Source of the DNA: Chloroflexota bacterium
Lineage (GTDB): Bacteria > Chloroflexota > Anaerolineae > Anaerolineales > UBA11858
NCBI GenBank assembly: GCA_043818215.1
Contig: JBDRGC010000459.1
Span: forward strand, 1 to 47,498
DNA length: 47,498 nucleotides
Direction: 5' to 3'
The notes beneath the pieces were generated by a model, which made no database searches, was not told the origin of the DNA, and saw only the letters and a program-made list of their open reading frames with translations. Below, one piece after another: positions 21,396 to 30,380 of the stretch; within the stretch, counting starts at the first letter, position 1; every line of letters begins with the position of its first letter. Both the position numbers and the translations under genes were made by a program.

Positions 21396-21965
21396 ATGAG
21401 TAGCAAAGTCGATAAAAAAATTTGGTTGATATTCACGATTATTTTAACCGCTTGTAATGTTATTGCAGTACAAACAGTAGAAGTTATAGAGATAGTAACA
21501 ACAAAGGAGATTTTAACTCAGTTGACAACTGCCAGTGAGACTGCCACACCAGAACCTAAAAATTATTCAGAGCAGGAACAGCAATTTATTACAATTGAAG
21601 CACTTAATCAAGGGGCGATCATGCTTGTTCAGTATTACACACTTTTAGATTATGGCTTATATGAAGAAGCGTATCAGTTATTGAGTTCATCCAAACAGCA
21701 ACGAAGTTTGGATGATTACATAGAAATGATGGAAATGGCATTTGTAAATGTTGAAATCATCTCTGTTCAACCATATAAGGACCATCACCCCGCAAATAGT
21801 GTTGATGAAAGAATACTTTATCATGTACAAATAATTGCTGAGGGTGAAGGTGGGATGTCAGGTTCGATCCCAAATGGTGTTTTACAAAATTTGTTTATAA
21901 CAGTAATAAATGAGAATAATGAATGGAAAATATACTCCTTTGCCACACTACCAACACGGCAATAA
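21396..21965 (+). CDS. Hypothetical lipoprotein (low-GC cassette gene 1)
   Basis: Start chosen at the ATG at 21396 (GAAGAGG RBS). Signal peptide with lipobox ILTAC. No family recognised. Confidence 0.6.
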   Translation: MSSKVDKKIWLIFTIILTACNVIAVQTVEVIEIVTTKEILTQLTTASETATPEPKNYSEQEQQFITIEALNQGAIMLVQYYTLLDYGLYEEAYQLLSSSKQQRSLDDYIEMMEMAFVNVEIISVQPYKDHHPANSVDERILYHVQIIAEGEGGMSGSIPNGVLQNLFITVINENNEWKIYSFATLPTRQ

Positions 21966-21988
21966 CAAAATCAATTTTGGAGCAAATC

Positions 21989-23314
21989 ATGCTCAAGACA
22001 AATCGTTTGTATCTGCTATTAGCAATAATCATAATGTCATTGATCTTTGGGGGTTGGGCGGTGCAAGCCAAAACAAATCGCATAGAAACAGAAGAGGAGC
22101 AGATAAAAGAGATTATTGAGATTTATTTCGATATGCGTTATCTATCTCATCACACTCTCTCTTTAGAAGACTTTGGTTCATTAACCGATCCGTCTTCTCA
22201 AGGAAATGATTTTAGTAATTCAGAAATGGAGAAGCTGGAAATCGAACTTTATCACGCGAAAGTGAATCATCTTAGATACTTGGAATACGATTTTTTCTTG
22301 GAATTTACAGACATATCAATAAATATGCAAACCCGCACAGCTGCTATATCTGTTATTGAAGGCCATGATGTGGTTTTTGAAAGTTCGAAAGGAATATATG
22401 ATGATGAACCAATTGTTTCTTCAATGAGGAATCTTGAACATGTGATTGTTTTGCGAAAAGAAAATGATACCTGGATGATCGTTGATGATGATTACGAAGA
22501 TTATCTATGGCATTTACTGAATTCCACAAAGCAAACTAAGGAAGAGATGCTTGATTCAATGGATTATAGCTCGCAGTTATCCAGCGCTACTACAGATGAA
22601 TTGCAAACTGTTAGCGAGCCGCTGAATATTCAACAAGCGAATTTTGTATACCCCTATGATCGTGACGGAGCTATAGCATATGCTCATTATTGGGCGTTAA
22701 AACCCCAACCATATAATTATCCTCCTCCTTATGATGATTTTACGGATATGGGAGGCGATTGCACGAATTTTACTTCTCAGGCTATCCGTGAGGGAGGTGG
22801 AGCTTTTATGTATGTTTCTGACGAACCCCCGGGTGTGGGCAACAAAGGCTGGTATTATCATAGCATGCATGATCGAGGAAAAGCCTGGCCGTATGTTGAC
22901 GAGTTCTACAAATTTACCGTTACAGAACGAAATTCTTATGATGCGGGACCAGAGGGAAGTTTAGTAAGCCTAAGCTATGTGGATTACGGAGATATAATTC
23001 AATATAATTGGGAAAATGATGCAGTATGGGATCATGGCGTCATTGTTGTTGGGTATACAGTAGACCACTCCGGAAATATGATTCCCTTGGTTGACGGACA
23101 TACTCCTGATGTGAAAAGATATGATTATCGTTCCTTTGATTATCACGATGTTCGGTTCATACATATTGAAAGGCTGAAGGCTCCACATGGTACCTATCTG
23201 CCACTAATACTTAATAACGAAGCCCCAACAGGTGATCCATTGTATAGCGATCCTTATCCGGCCCCATTGGAGTATAGAAATACTCAGCCATTGGAACCAT
23301 ATCCAGCGCCATAA
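21989..23314 (+). CDS. Secreted protein with a C-terminal putative amidase domain (Amidase_6-like, cell-wall hydrolase type)
   Basis: Start chosen at the ATG at 21989 (GGAG RBS; signal peptide LLLAIIIMSLIFGGWAVQA). The C-terminus Y.RDGAIAYAHYW...GGDCTNFTSQAIREGG...DHGVIVVG...HTPD matches my recollection of PF12671. Confidence 0.65.
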   Translation: MLKTNRLYLLLAIIIMSLIFGGWAVQAKTNRIETEEEQIKEIIEIYFDMRYLSHHTLSLEDFGSLTDPSSQGNDFSNSEMEKLEIELYHAKVNHLRYLEYDFFLEFTDISINMQTRTAAISVIEGHDVVFESSKGIYDDEPIVSSMRNLEHVIVLRKENDTWMIVDDDYEDYLWHLLNSTKQTKEEMLDSMDYSSQLSSATTDELQTVSEPLNIQQANFVYPYDRDGAIAYAHYWALKPQPYNYPPPYDDFTDMGGDCTNFTSQAIREGGGAFMYVSDEPPGVGNKGWYYHSMHDRGKAWPYVDEFYKFTVTERNSYDAGPEGSLVSLSYVDYGDIIQYNWENDAVWDHGVIVVGYTVDHSGNMIPLVDGHTPDVKRYDYRSFDYHDVRFIHIERLKAPHGTYLPLILNNEAPTGDPLYSDPYPAPLEYRNTQPLEPYPAP

Positions 23315-23546
23315 TACAAATAAAATCATCCAACTTAAGATGGAGCAAACTATATTCTAATAACCCAGGTTGCACATGACTCGGCTTTGCCGAGAGCAAA
23401 GCGGCGCGTTTTTGAGCAATTTAGTTTGAGCAAAGCGAGCTGTCGGACGCAAAACGCCGAGCAGGTGAATAAACCGATATACATACGCCAGAGCCTACTC
23501 AAAACGAAGCACGAGTTTATTTGCGCCGCGCAGAAGATCTCTACCA

Positions 23547-23876
23547 ATGGTTGACGAAGCTGTTGTAAACACTGTAAGAAAATATCTCCGGACACTCGAT
23601 GCTCAAGGCATTCCCGCACCTTTTGGGGTTGTCTATGGCTCTCAAGCACGCGGCACAACGCATGAGTGGAGCGATATAGATTTATTGGTTGTTTCTCCAA
23701 TGTTCGACAAACAACGCAAGAGAGAAGATTGGGTAAATATCTAGCTTATCGCCGCCCGCACCGACAGCCGCATCGAGCCAATCCCGGTCGGCGAGCGGCA
23801 GTACCAGGAAGACGATAGCAGCGCAATTATCGAGATTGCCCGGCGTGAAGGGCAAATCATCCCACTGGCAGAATAA
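23547..23876 (+). pseudogene. Minimal nucleotidyltransferase (MNT, HEPN partner) interrupted by an in-frame TAG
   Basis: GSQARGTTHEWSDIDLLVV (the GSxxRG...DxD motif). The frame continues after TAG (23742-23744) as LIAARTDSRIEPIPV...IIPLAE*, giving about 109 codons in total. Confidence 0.65.
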
Positions 23877-23879
23877 CGT

Positions 23880-25142
23880 ATGGACAATTACAAATACATC
23901 CTACTCCGACATCGCGACATTCCCGAGATCGACAAACTTGCAATCTACCGTACCCACGGTGGATTCGAGGCCTTCGAACAAGTTGTCACATCCATGCAGA
24001 CTAGCGAAGTCACCGGGGTTGTCAAAGCCTCCGGGCTGCGCGGCCGCGGCGGAGCTGGATTCCCCACTGGTCTCAAGTGGGCCTTCATGGACAATAATAA
24101 CTGGCCCCACTACGTGGTCGCCAATGCCGACGAATCCGAGCCGGGCACCTTCAAAGACCGCGAAATCATGGAAAGCAATCCCTTCCAATTTCTCGAAGGT
24201 GTTGCCATCGCATCCTATGCGGTGGGGGCCAACGCGGCTTACATTTATTGCCGCGGCGAATTCTGGCAGGCAGCCCACTATCTCGACGAGAAAATCGCCG
24301 AGCTGGAAGCAGCCGGATTGCTGGGCGACAACTTGTTTGGCACAGACTACTCCCTGAGGATTTACACCCACCTGGGAGCCGGGGCTTACATCTGCGGTGA
24401 GGAAACTGCGCTGCTGGAATCAATGGAAGGCAAACGCGGCCAACCTCGTCTGCGCCCTCCCTTCCCCCCCTCTTATGGATTATTCGGCAAACCCACAGTA
24501 GTCAACAACGTCGAGACTCTCACCAATTTACCGCCTATCATCACCAACGGCGGAGAATGGTACAAGAATTTGGGCACCGAAGATACTGCCGGCGTCAAGA
24601 TATTCAGCCTCTCCGGCTGCGTCAACAAACCTGGGAACTACGAATTGCCCTTCGGCACCACATTCCGCGAGTTGATCTTCGAGCACGGCGGAGGCATTGC
24701 CAACGGCAACAAGATCAAAGCCATCCTGCCCGCGGGAGCATCATCGTCCATCACCGCCGCCACCGAGGAAGTCCTGGACACCCCCATGGATTACGCCTCT
24801 GTGCGCAGCATTGGCGCCGAATTGGGTTCAGCATCCGTGATCATCATCGACGACTCCTTTAGCATCGACTGGGTCATCAACAAAACACTCCGTTTCTTCA
24901 GACACGAATCCTGCGGCAAATGCACCCCCTGCCGCGAGGGTAATTACTGGATGCAGCACATCATCGAGCGCATTCACGACGGCGAAGCTGCTCCAAACGA
25001 TGTGGAACTGCTGCAAAGCGTCGCCCACCAGATTCAAGACAAATGCTTCTGCGCCCTGGGCGAATTTTCAATCCAGGCTGTGCTCACCGGCATCGAGCGC
25101 TTCCCAGAGGATTTCGAAGCGAAAGTGAGACGTGAAACGTAA
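23880..25142 (+). CDS. nuoF: NADH-quinone oxidoreductase subunit F (FMN, 4Fe-4S)
   Basis: 420 aa. GLRGRGGAGFPTG, ESEPGTFKDR, ESCGKCTPCREG. Confidence 0.95.
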   Translation: MDNYKYILLRHRDIPEIDKLAIYRTHGGFEAFEQVVTSMQTSEVTGVVKASGLRGRGGAGFPTGLKWAFMDNNNWPHYVVANADESEPGTFKDREIMESNPFQFLEGVAIASYAVGANAAYIYCRGEFWQAAHYLDEKIAELEAAGLLGDNLFGTDYSLRIYTHLGAGAYICGEETALLESMEGKRGQPRLRPPFPPSYGLFGKPTVVNNVETLTNLPPIITNGGEWYKNLGTEDTAGVKIFSLSGCVNKPGNYELPFGTTFRELIFEHGGGIANGNKIKAILPAGASSSITAATEEVLDTPMDYASVRSIGAELGSASVIIIDDSFSIDWVINKTLRFFRHESCGKCTPCREGNYWMQHIIERIHDGEAAPNDVELLQSVAHQIQDKCFCALGEFSIQAVLTGIERFPEDFEAKVRRET

Positions 25143-25204
25143 AACGTGAATCACGCCTCACGTACACGTTTCACTCATCACTTATCACGTTTCACGCATC
25201 ACGG
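25121..25204. repeat. GTGARAC / CACG-type heptamer repeats in the nuoF-nuoG spacer
   Basis: Read directly. The nuoF stop codon lies within the array. Confidence 0.75.
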
Positions 25205-25211
25205 ACAACCC

Positions 25212-27701
25212 ATGAGCAAACAAATCACCCTCACCATCAACGGCCAACAAGTCACCGTGCCCGCGGGCACATTAATCGTTGACGCCGCCAAAAAGATCGG
25301 CATCGACATCCCCGTATTCTGCTACCACCCAAAAATGGAGCCGGTCGGCATGTGCCGAATGTGTCTGGTCGAAATTGGCCGCCCAGTGCGCGACCGCGCC
25401 ACCGGGGAACTCGTCACCGAGGCAGACGGCACACCAAAAATCCAATTCGGGCCAAAACTCGAAACCGCCTGCACCGTGCCTGTCTCCGAGGGCATGGTTG
25501 TCGATGGCCTGAGCGAGAAAGTCCAGGAAGCCCGCAAAGGCACAGTGGAATTTCTGCTCACATCCCACCCGTTGGATTGTCCCGTCTGCGACAAAGGCGG
25601 CGAGTGCTCCCTCCAAGACCTGGCCCTGGCTTACGGAGCCAGCGAGAGCCGCTTCATTTTCGATGAAAAACAACACGCCGAAAAACACATCCCCCTGGGC
25701 GATCTTATCTTCCTCGACCGGGAGCGCTGCATCCAATGTGCGCGCTGTATCCGCTTCCAACGCGACATCGCCGGCGACGCTGTGCTTGAGTTTTACGAGC
25801 GCGGCCGCCGCACCAACATCGTCACTTTCTCCGAACCCGGCTTCGACTCCTACTGGTCAGGCAACACCACCGACCTGTGTCCCGTGGGCGCCCTCACCAG
25901 CACCGATTTCCGTTTCGGCGCCCGCTCCTGGGAACTCAAACACACCGCCTCGATTTGCTCTCACTGCCCAGTGGGTTGCAACCTGAGTATCGACATCCGG
26001 CGAGAAGCTAAAACTGGCGGCGATTTCGCCATCAAGCGCATAATGCCCCGCCAAAACGAGCAAGTCAACGAGATTTGGATCTGCGACAAAGGCCGCTTTG
26101 CCCACCATTTCACCGACAGCGCAGACCGCCTGACTCAGCCGCTGATCCGCAAAGATGGAAAACTGACTCCTGCCACGTGGGAGGAAGCTCTGGACGTGGT
26201 GGCGAAAAACCTTTCTGGAATTGGGGATGGGTTGCTGACCCTGGTGAGTGGCCGGCTGCCCAACGAAGACTTGTACAATCTCCACAAGCTGACCGATGGT
26301 CTCGGTGGTAAAACGGCACTCTACACCCATACCGCCGGCGGCGACCTGACAGCCCAGTTGGGGCTGAGCGTAGGCAGCAATCTCGCAGACCTGGGCGAAG
26401 GCGACGCCATTTTGGTAGTTGCCAGCGACCTGGAAGAAGAAGCCCCCATGTGGTACCTGCGAGTCAAAGCCGCCGCCGAACGGGGCGCAACCCTGATTGT
26501 CGCCAACCCCCGCGAGACAAAACTTGATCGCTATGCGACGCATAAAGTCCGCTACGCTTATGGCGAAGAAACTGCCATTGTGGGACGAATTGGAAATTCG
26601 TCCTACGGATTTGACGAGGCCAAGAACGCGGTGATCTTCTTCGGCAGCGAGGGAATCGGGCTGGAAGCATCCGCTGCCCTGGTACAAGCCTGCGCTAACT
26701 TGCTGGTCGAGTCCGGTCACACTGGCAGGCCCAATAACGGTCTCGTCGGTGTGTGGCCACGGGCCAACGAACAAGGCGCCTGGGATATGGGCTTCCGACC
26801 CATTGCAGACCTGAAGGCCGCCCTCCACTACGCCAAAGCACGCTACATCGTAGCATCTGATCCCGTCGGAGATGATCCGGCCATGTATGAATTACTCGCC
26901 ACACGCCACTCGCCACTCGCCACTTTCACCGTCGTTCAGGAATTATTTCTCACCGAAACCGCCAGACTGGCCGACGTCGTGCTGCCCGCGCAGGCTATCA
27001 CCGAGCGCGAGGGCAGTTTCACATCCGGCGAGAGGCGCGTGCAACGTTTCTACCTGGCTACCCACCCCAAAGGTGAAACCCGCCCCGATTTCGATATCGC
27101 CGCCCAGATCGGCGCGCGATTGGGCGTGGAACTCAAAGGTCGCTTCCCATCCCGGGTATTTCCACAAATTGCCGCCGAAATCCCCGCTTACGAGGATATC
27201 ACCTACCAGAAGTTGGCCGAAGTCAGCGAGCAATGGCCCATAATCGGGCGCGGTGATCTCCATTACGGCGGCGCATCTTACGAGAACAAACTGGGGTTGG
27301 GCGTGCAGCTTGCGTCACAAGGCAAGGCTAAAGGTCAAATTAGCGGTAAATTGGAAACTGGTAAATTGGAAACTGGTAAATTGGGAATTGGTATACTGGT
27401 AAATGGGAAATTGGTGGCTGTGCCTATCACCCGCCTGTACGACCAGGGCCGGATGGTGCTTACCTCCGAGGTGCTGCATCCCCGATTGCCGAAACCTTAT
27501 ATTGCCGTCAACCCTGGCGATGCCCAAAAACACAAAGTGACCGATGGTATGACGGTTAACCTCAACGTAAACGGCGCGACAGCCACCGCACTCGTCAAAG
27601 TGGACAAGAACGTACCCGCTGGCTTTGCGCTGATTCCCCGCAGCATGGGAATTGCCGTTACCGAGCCAACTGCAATTGAAATTCAGGTTGCTGAGGCGTG
27701 A
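25212..27701 (+). CDS. nuoG: NADH-quinone oxidoreductase subunit G
   Basis: 2Fe-2S and 4Fe-4S cysteine clusters (CYHPKMEPVGMCRMC, HPLDCPVCDKGGEC, CIQCARC) plus a molybdopterin-like domain. I trimmed the start to the ATG at 25212. Contains two in-frame repeat tracts. Confidence 0.95.
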   Translation: MSKQITLTINGQQVTVPAGTLIVDAAKKIGIDIPVFCYHPKMEPVGMCRMCLVEIGRPVRDRATGELVTEADGTPKIQFGPKLETACTVPVSEGMVVDGLSEKVQEARKGTVEFLLTSHPLDCPVCDKGGECSLQDLALAYGASESRFIFDEKQHAEKHIPLGDLIFLDRERCIQCARCIRFQRDIAGDAVLEFYERGRRTNIVTFSEPGFDSYWSGNTTDLCPVGALTSTDFRFGARSWELKHTASICSHCPVGCNLSIDIRREAKTGGDFAIKRIMPRQNEQVNEIWICDKGRFAHHFTDSADRLTQPLIRKDGKLTPATWEEALDVVAKNLSGIGDGLLTLVSGRLPNEDLYNLHKLTDGLGGKTALYTHTAGGDLTAQLGLSVGSNLADLGEGDAILVVASDLEEEAPMWYLRVKAAAERGATLIVANPRETKLDRYATHKVRYAYGEETAIVGRIGNSSYGFDEAKNAVIFFGSEGIGLEASAALVQACANLLVESGHTGRPNNGLVGVWPRANEQGAWDMGFRPIADLKAALHYAKARYIVASDPVGDDPAMYELLATRHSPLATFTVVQELFLTETARLADVVLPAQAITEREGSFTSGERRVQRFYLATHPKGETRPDFDIAAQIGARLGVELKGRFPSRVFPQIAAEIPAYEDITYQKLAEVSEQWPIIGRGDLHYGGASYENKLGLGVQLASQGKAKGQISGKLETGKLETGKLGIGILVNGKLVAVPITRLYDQGRMVLTSEVLHPRLPKPYIAVNPGDAQKHKVTDGMTVNLNVNGATATALVKVDKNVPAGFALIPRSMGIAVTEPTAIEIQVAEA

Positions 27702-27720
27702 AGCACCACGAGGTATCATA

Positions 27721-28725
27721 ATGGACTCTGCCTTAATCATCGAATGGGTAATCAAAGCCGTATTTCTGCTCCTTTTTGGGGCGGGCGGTTTTGCATACCT
27801 CACCTACTATGAACGCCGTGCGCTGGCCCGCATCCAGACACGTATCGGCCCGAACCGCGCTGGCCCCTTTGGCCTCCTCCAACCGGTGGCCGACGGCATC
27901 AAGTTGATCTTCAACGAAGAATTGGTCCCTGCTAAGGCTGACAAATTCATGTTCATCCTGGCCCCCATCGTGACGGTGTTCCCCGCCCTTGTGATCTGGG
28001 CTGTCATCCCCTGGGGTTCCAGCGTTATTATGTTTGGGCGGGAAATCCCGCTGTATCTGGCAGATGTCAATGTCGGCGTGCTTTATCTAACAGCGGTATC
28101 ATCCATCGCGGTGTACGGGATTGTGCTGGCGGGATGGTCGTCCAACAATAAGTATGCCTTGATGGGCGGGCTGCGTTCTTCGGCACAGATGGTCAGCTAT
28201 GAAATTGCCTTAGGGCTATCCTTAATCGGGCCGATCATGCTGGCAGGTTCGATGAGTTTGGTGGATATTGTCAATAAGCAACAAGAACTTGGCTGGTTTG
28301 TTTTTCCCCAATTTTTGGCCTTTATCATCTTTTTCATAGCTGGTCTGGCCGAGATAAACCGCGCTCCCTTCGATATGCCTGAGGCTGAACAAGAGATTGT
28401 GGCAGGTTACCACGTCGAATATTCTGGCATGAAGTTCGCACTGTTTTTCATGGCCGAATATATCAAGATGATTGCCATCAGCGCCATAGCGGTGACAATC
28501 TTTTTGGGCGGTTACAATTTACCCTTTATCGCTGATATCGGCGGCTGGGGACCGCTGGTCTTCCTGATCAAAATTATTCTGGTTTTGTTCATCATTATAT
28601 GGATACGGGCAACCCTGCCCCGCTTCCGCTATGACCGCCTGATGGCATTCGGCTGGAAAATCTTGCTGCCACTAGCGCTGGTGAATGTGTTCATCACAGC
28701 GGTTTGGATTGTTTTTAGAGGTTAG
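27721..28725 (+). CDS. nuoH: NADH-quinone oxidoreductase subunit H
   Basis: A polytopic membrane protein with YYERR..A..Q.R.GPNR.GP.GLLQP..D. I trimmed the start to the ATG at 27721 (GAGG RBS). Confidence 0.95.
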   Translation: MDSALIIEWVIKAVFLLLFGAGGFAYLTYYERRALARIQTRIGPNRAGPFGLLQPVADGIKLIFNEELVPAKADKFMFILAPIVTVFPALVIWAVIPWGSSVIMFGREIPLYLADVNVGVLYLTAVSSIAVYGIVLAGWSSNNKYALMGGLRSSAQMVSYEIALGLSLIGPIMLAGSMSLVDIVNKQQELGWFVFPQFLAFIIFFIAGLAEINRAPFDMPEAEQEIVAGYHVEYSGMKFALFFMAEYIKMIAISAIAVTIFLGGYNLPFIADIGGWGPLVFLIKIILVLFIIIWIRATLPRFRYDRLMAFGWKILLPLALVNVFITAVWIVFRG

Positions 28726-28739
28726 TAGAGGATATCGAC

Positions 28740-29264
28740 ATGCGAGTTCCAGAACTTGCCCGCGTTAACGAAATCGGCAGAGGTATGTGGATCACCTTCA
28801 AATCCATGTTCGAGAAGCCGGTGACTTTCCAATATCCGGAGGTCAAGCGGCCAACCCCGGCGCGCTTCCGCGGCCGTCACGTACTTAATCGCTACGAGAA
28901 CGGCCTCGAAAAGTGCATTGGCTGCTCACTGTGCGCGGCAGCTTGTCCATCTGGGGCTATCTTCGTCGAAGCCAGCGAAAACACCGACTCAGAACGCTAC
29001 TCTCCCGGCGAACGCTACGCCAGCACTTATGAAATAAACTTGCTGCGTTGCATTTACTGCGGTTTCTGTGAGGACGCTTGTCCCACAGAGGCCATCACAC
29101 TCGAGCATGAATACGAACTATCCTTCTCCAACCGGCAAGAAGCGATCTACCCCAAAGAGAAATTGATCGTTCCGGTACCCGAGGGCGGGAAGTCCACCCC
29201 GCAGGAAGTGGAACCGGGTATCTTTGACCGCTCCGTGCCGGTGATGGAAAACACCAGAGATTAG
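28740..29264 (+). CDS. nuoI: NADH-quinone oxidoreductase subunit I (2x 4Fe-4S)
   Basis: CIGCSLCAAACP and CIYCGFCEDACP. Confidence 0.95.
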   Translation: MRVPELARVNEIGRGMWITFKSMFEKPVTFQYPEVKRPTPARFRGRHVLNRYENGLEKCIGCSLCAAACPSGAIFVEASENTDSERYSPGERYASTYEINLLRCIYCGFCEDACPTEAITLEHEYELSFSNRQEAIYPKEKLIVPVPEGGKSTPQEVEPGIFDRSVPVMENTRD

Positions 29265-29342
29265 AGATTAGAGATTAGAGATTGGAGACTGGTTCCTTGT
29301 CCCTAGTTCCTGGTTCCTAGTCCCTGGTCACTAATCACTGAT
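29259..29342. repeat. Heptamer array GATTAGA/GATTGGA followed by CCTAGT/CCTGGT-type repeats
   Basis: Read directly. The nuoI TAG stop is part of the first GATTAGA unit. Confidence 0.85.
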
Positions 29343-29356
29343 AGACGGAAATAATT

Positions 29357-29872
29357 ATGACTCCTGAATTAATCATCTTCATTATCCTCGCCCTGGTCGC
29401 CATTGGTGCGGCGCTGGGGATGCTCTTCAGCAGAAACGCGGTGTACGCAGCCCTTTTTCTGATCCTGAACTTTATCACCGTGGCGATTTTCTACCTGATA
29501 TTGGGTGGAGCATTCATCGCTGTGACACAGGTGGCCGTTTATGCGGGCGCCATCATGGTGCTTTTCCTGTTCGTGATCATGCTCCTGGGCACGGAGAAAC
29601 TGGGGCAGAGTAAAACTTTGGCCTGGCAGCAGCCTGTGGCTATCGTCCTGGCGCTGATATTGATGATCGAAGCTGTCTACGTGATCTTCTTCCGCTTCAC
29701 AGGGCCATCCGCAGCGGCAGCCCTCCCCGAAGGTTTTGGCAGCCCGGCAGCCATCGGAACCTTGCTGTTCAGTCAATACCTGCTGCCCTTCGAGATGACT
29801 TCGGTTCTTCTGCTGGTTGCCATGATCGGCGCGATCGTACTGACACAAAAAGAGAAACGAAATGAAACGTGA
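29357..29872 (+). CDS. nuoJ: NADH-quinone oxidoreductase subunit J
   Basis: 171 aa, five TM segments, typical NuoJ N-terminus. Confidence 0.9.
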   Translation: MTPELIIFIILALVAIGAALGMLFSRNAVYAALFLILNFITVAIFYLILGGAFIAVTQVAVYAGAIMVLFLFVIMLLGTEKLGQSKTLAWQQPVAIVLALILMIEAVYVIFFRFTGPSAAAALPEGFGSPAAIGTLLFSQYLLPFEMTSVLLLVAMIGAIVLTQKEKRNET

Positions 29873-29920
29873 TACATGATACGTGAAGTTGCAAATCACG
29901 TGTCACTCATCACTCATCAC

Positions 29921-30043
29921 TCAATGTCATTAAGTTAAGCCATCGGCGGATTACGAATCCGCCTGGAGCGTGCAAGAACCCCGATTTTGCTCCTGTCGGA
30001 TCCGTGATCCGACAGCCACTGGCTCTTAACTTAATGACATTGA
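29921..30043. mobile_element. 123-bp MITE-like element with perfect 19-bp terminal inverted repeats and an 8-bp flanking direct repeat
   Basis: TCAATGTCATTAAGTTAAG (29921-29939) is the exact reverse complement of 30025-30043. It is flanked by ctcatcac (29913-29920) and ctcatcac (30044-30051). Internal hairpins are GGCGGAT-tacga-ATCCGCC and CTGTCGGATC-cgt-GATCCGACAG. Confidence 0.7.
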
Positions 30044-30076
30044 CTCATCACTCGTCACGCATCACGGAGAAACACC

Positions 30077-30379
30077 ATGCTCCCCATTTCATATTATGTA
30101 GCACTTTCTGCAATTTTATTTAGTCTCGGCGCGTTGGGTGTGTTGATCCGGCGCAACGCAATCATCATCTTCATGTCGATAGAGCTAATGCTCAACGCGG
30201 CTAACCTGGCCTTCGTAGCTTTTGCACGGATGCACGAAGCTCTGAGCGGACAAATATTCGTCTTCTTCGTGATGACCGTGGCAGCGGCGGAAGTAGCGAT
30301 TGGTCTGGCTCTGATCGTCACAATTTTCCGCAGTAAGAAAAGCATTGATGTGGATCAGATGAGTAGTTTGAGAGGATAA
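30077..30379 (+). CDS. nuoK: NADH-quinone oxidoreductase subunit K
   Basis: 100 aa, three TM segments, with the conserved E in LMLNAANL / [10 protein letters not shown]. Confidence 0.95.
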   Translation: MLPISYYVALSAILFSLGALGVLIRRNAIIIFMSIELMLNAANLAFVAFARMHEALSGQIFVFFVMTVAAAEVAIGLALIVTIFRSKKSIDVDQMSSLRG

Positions 30380-30380
30380 T

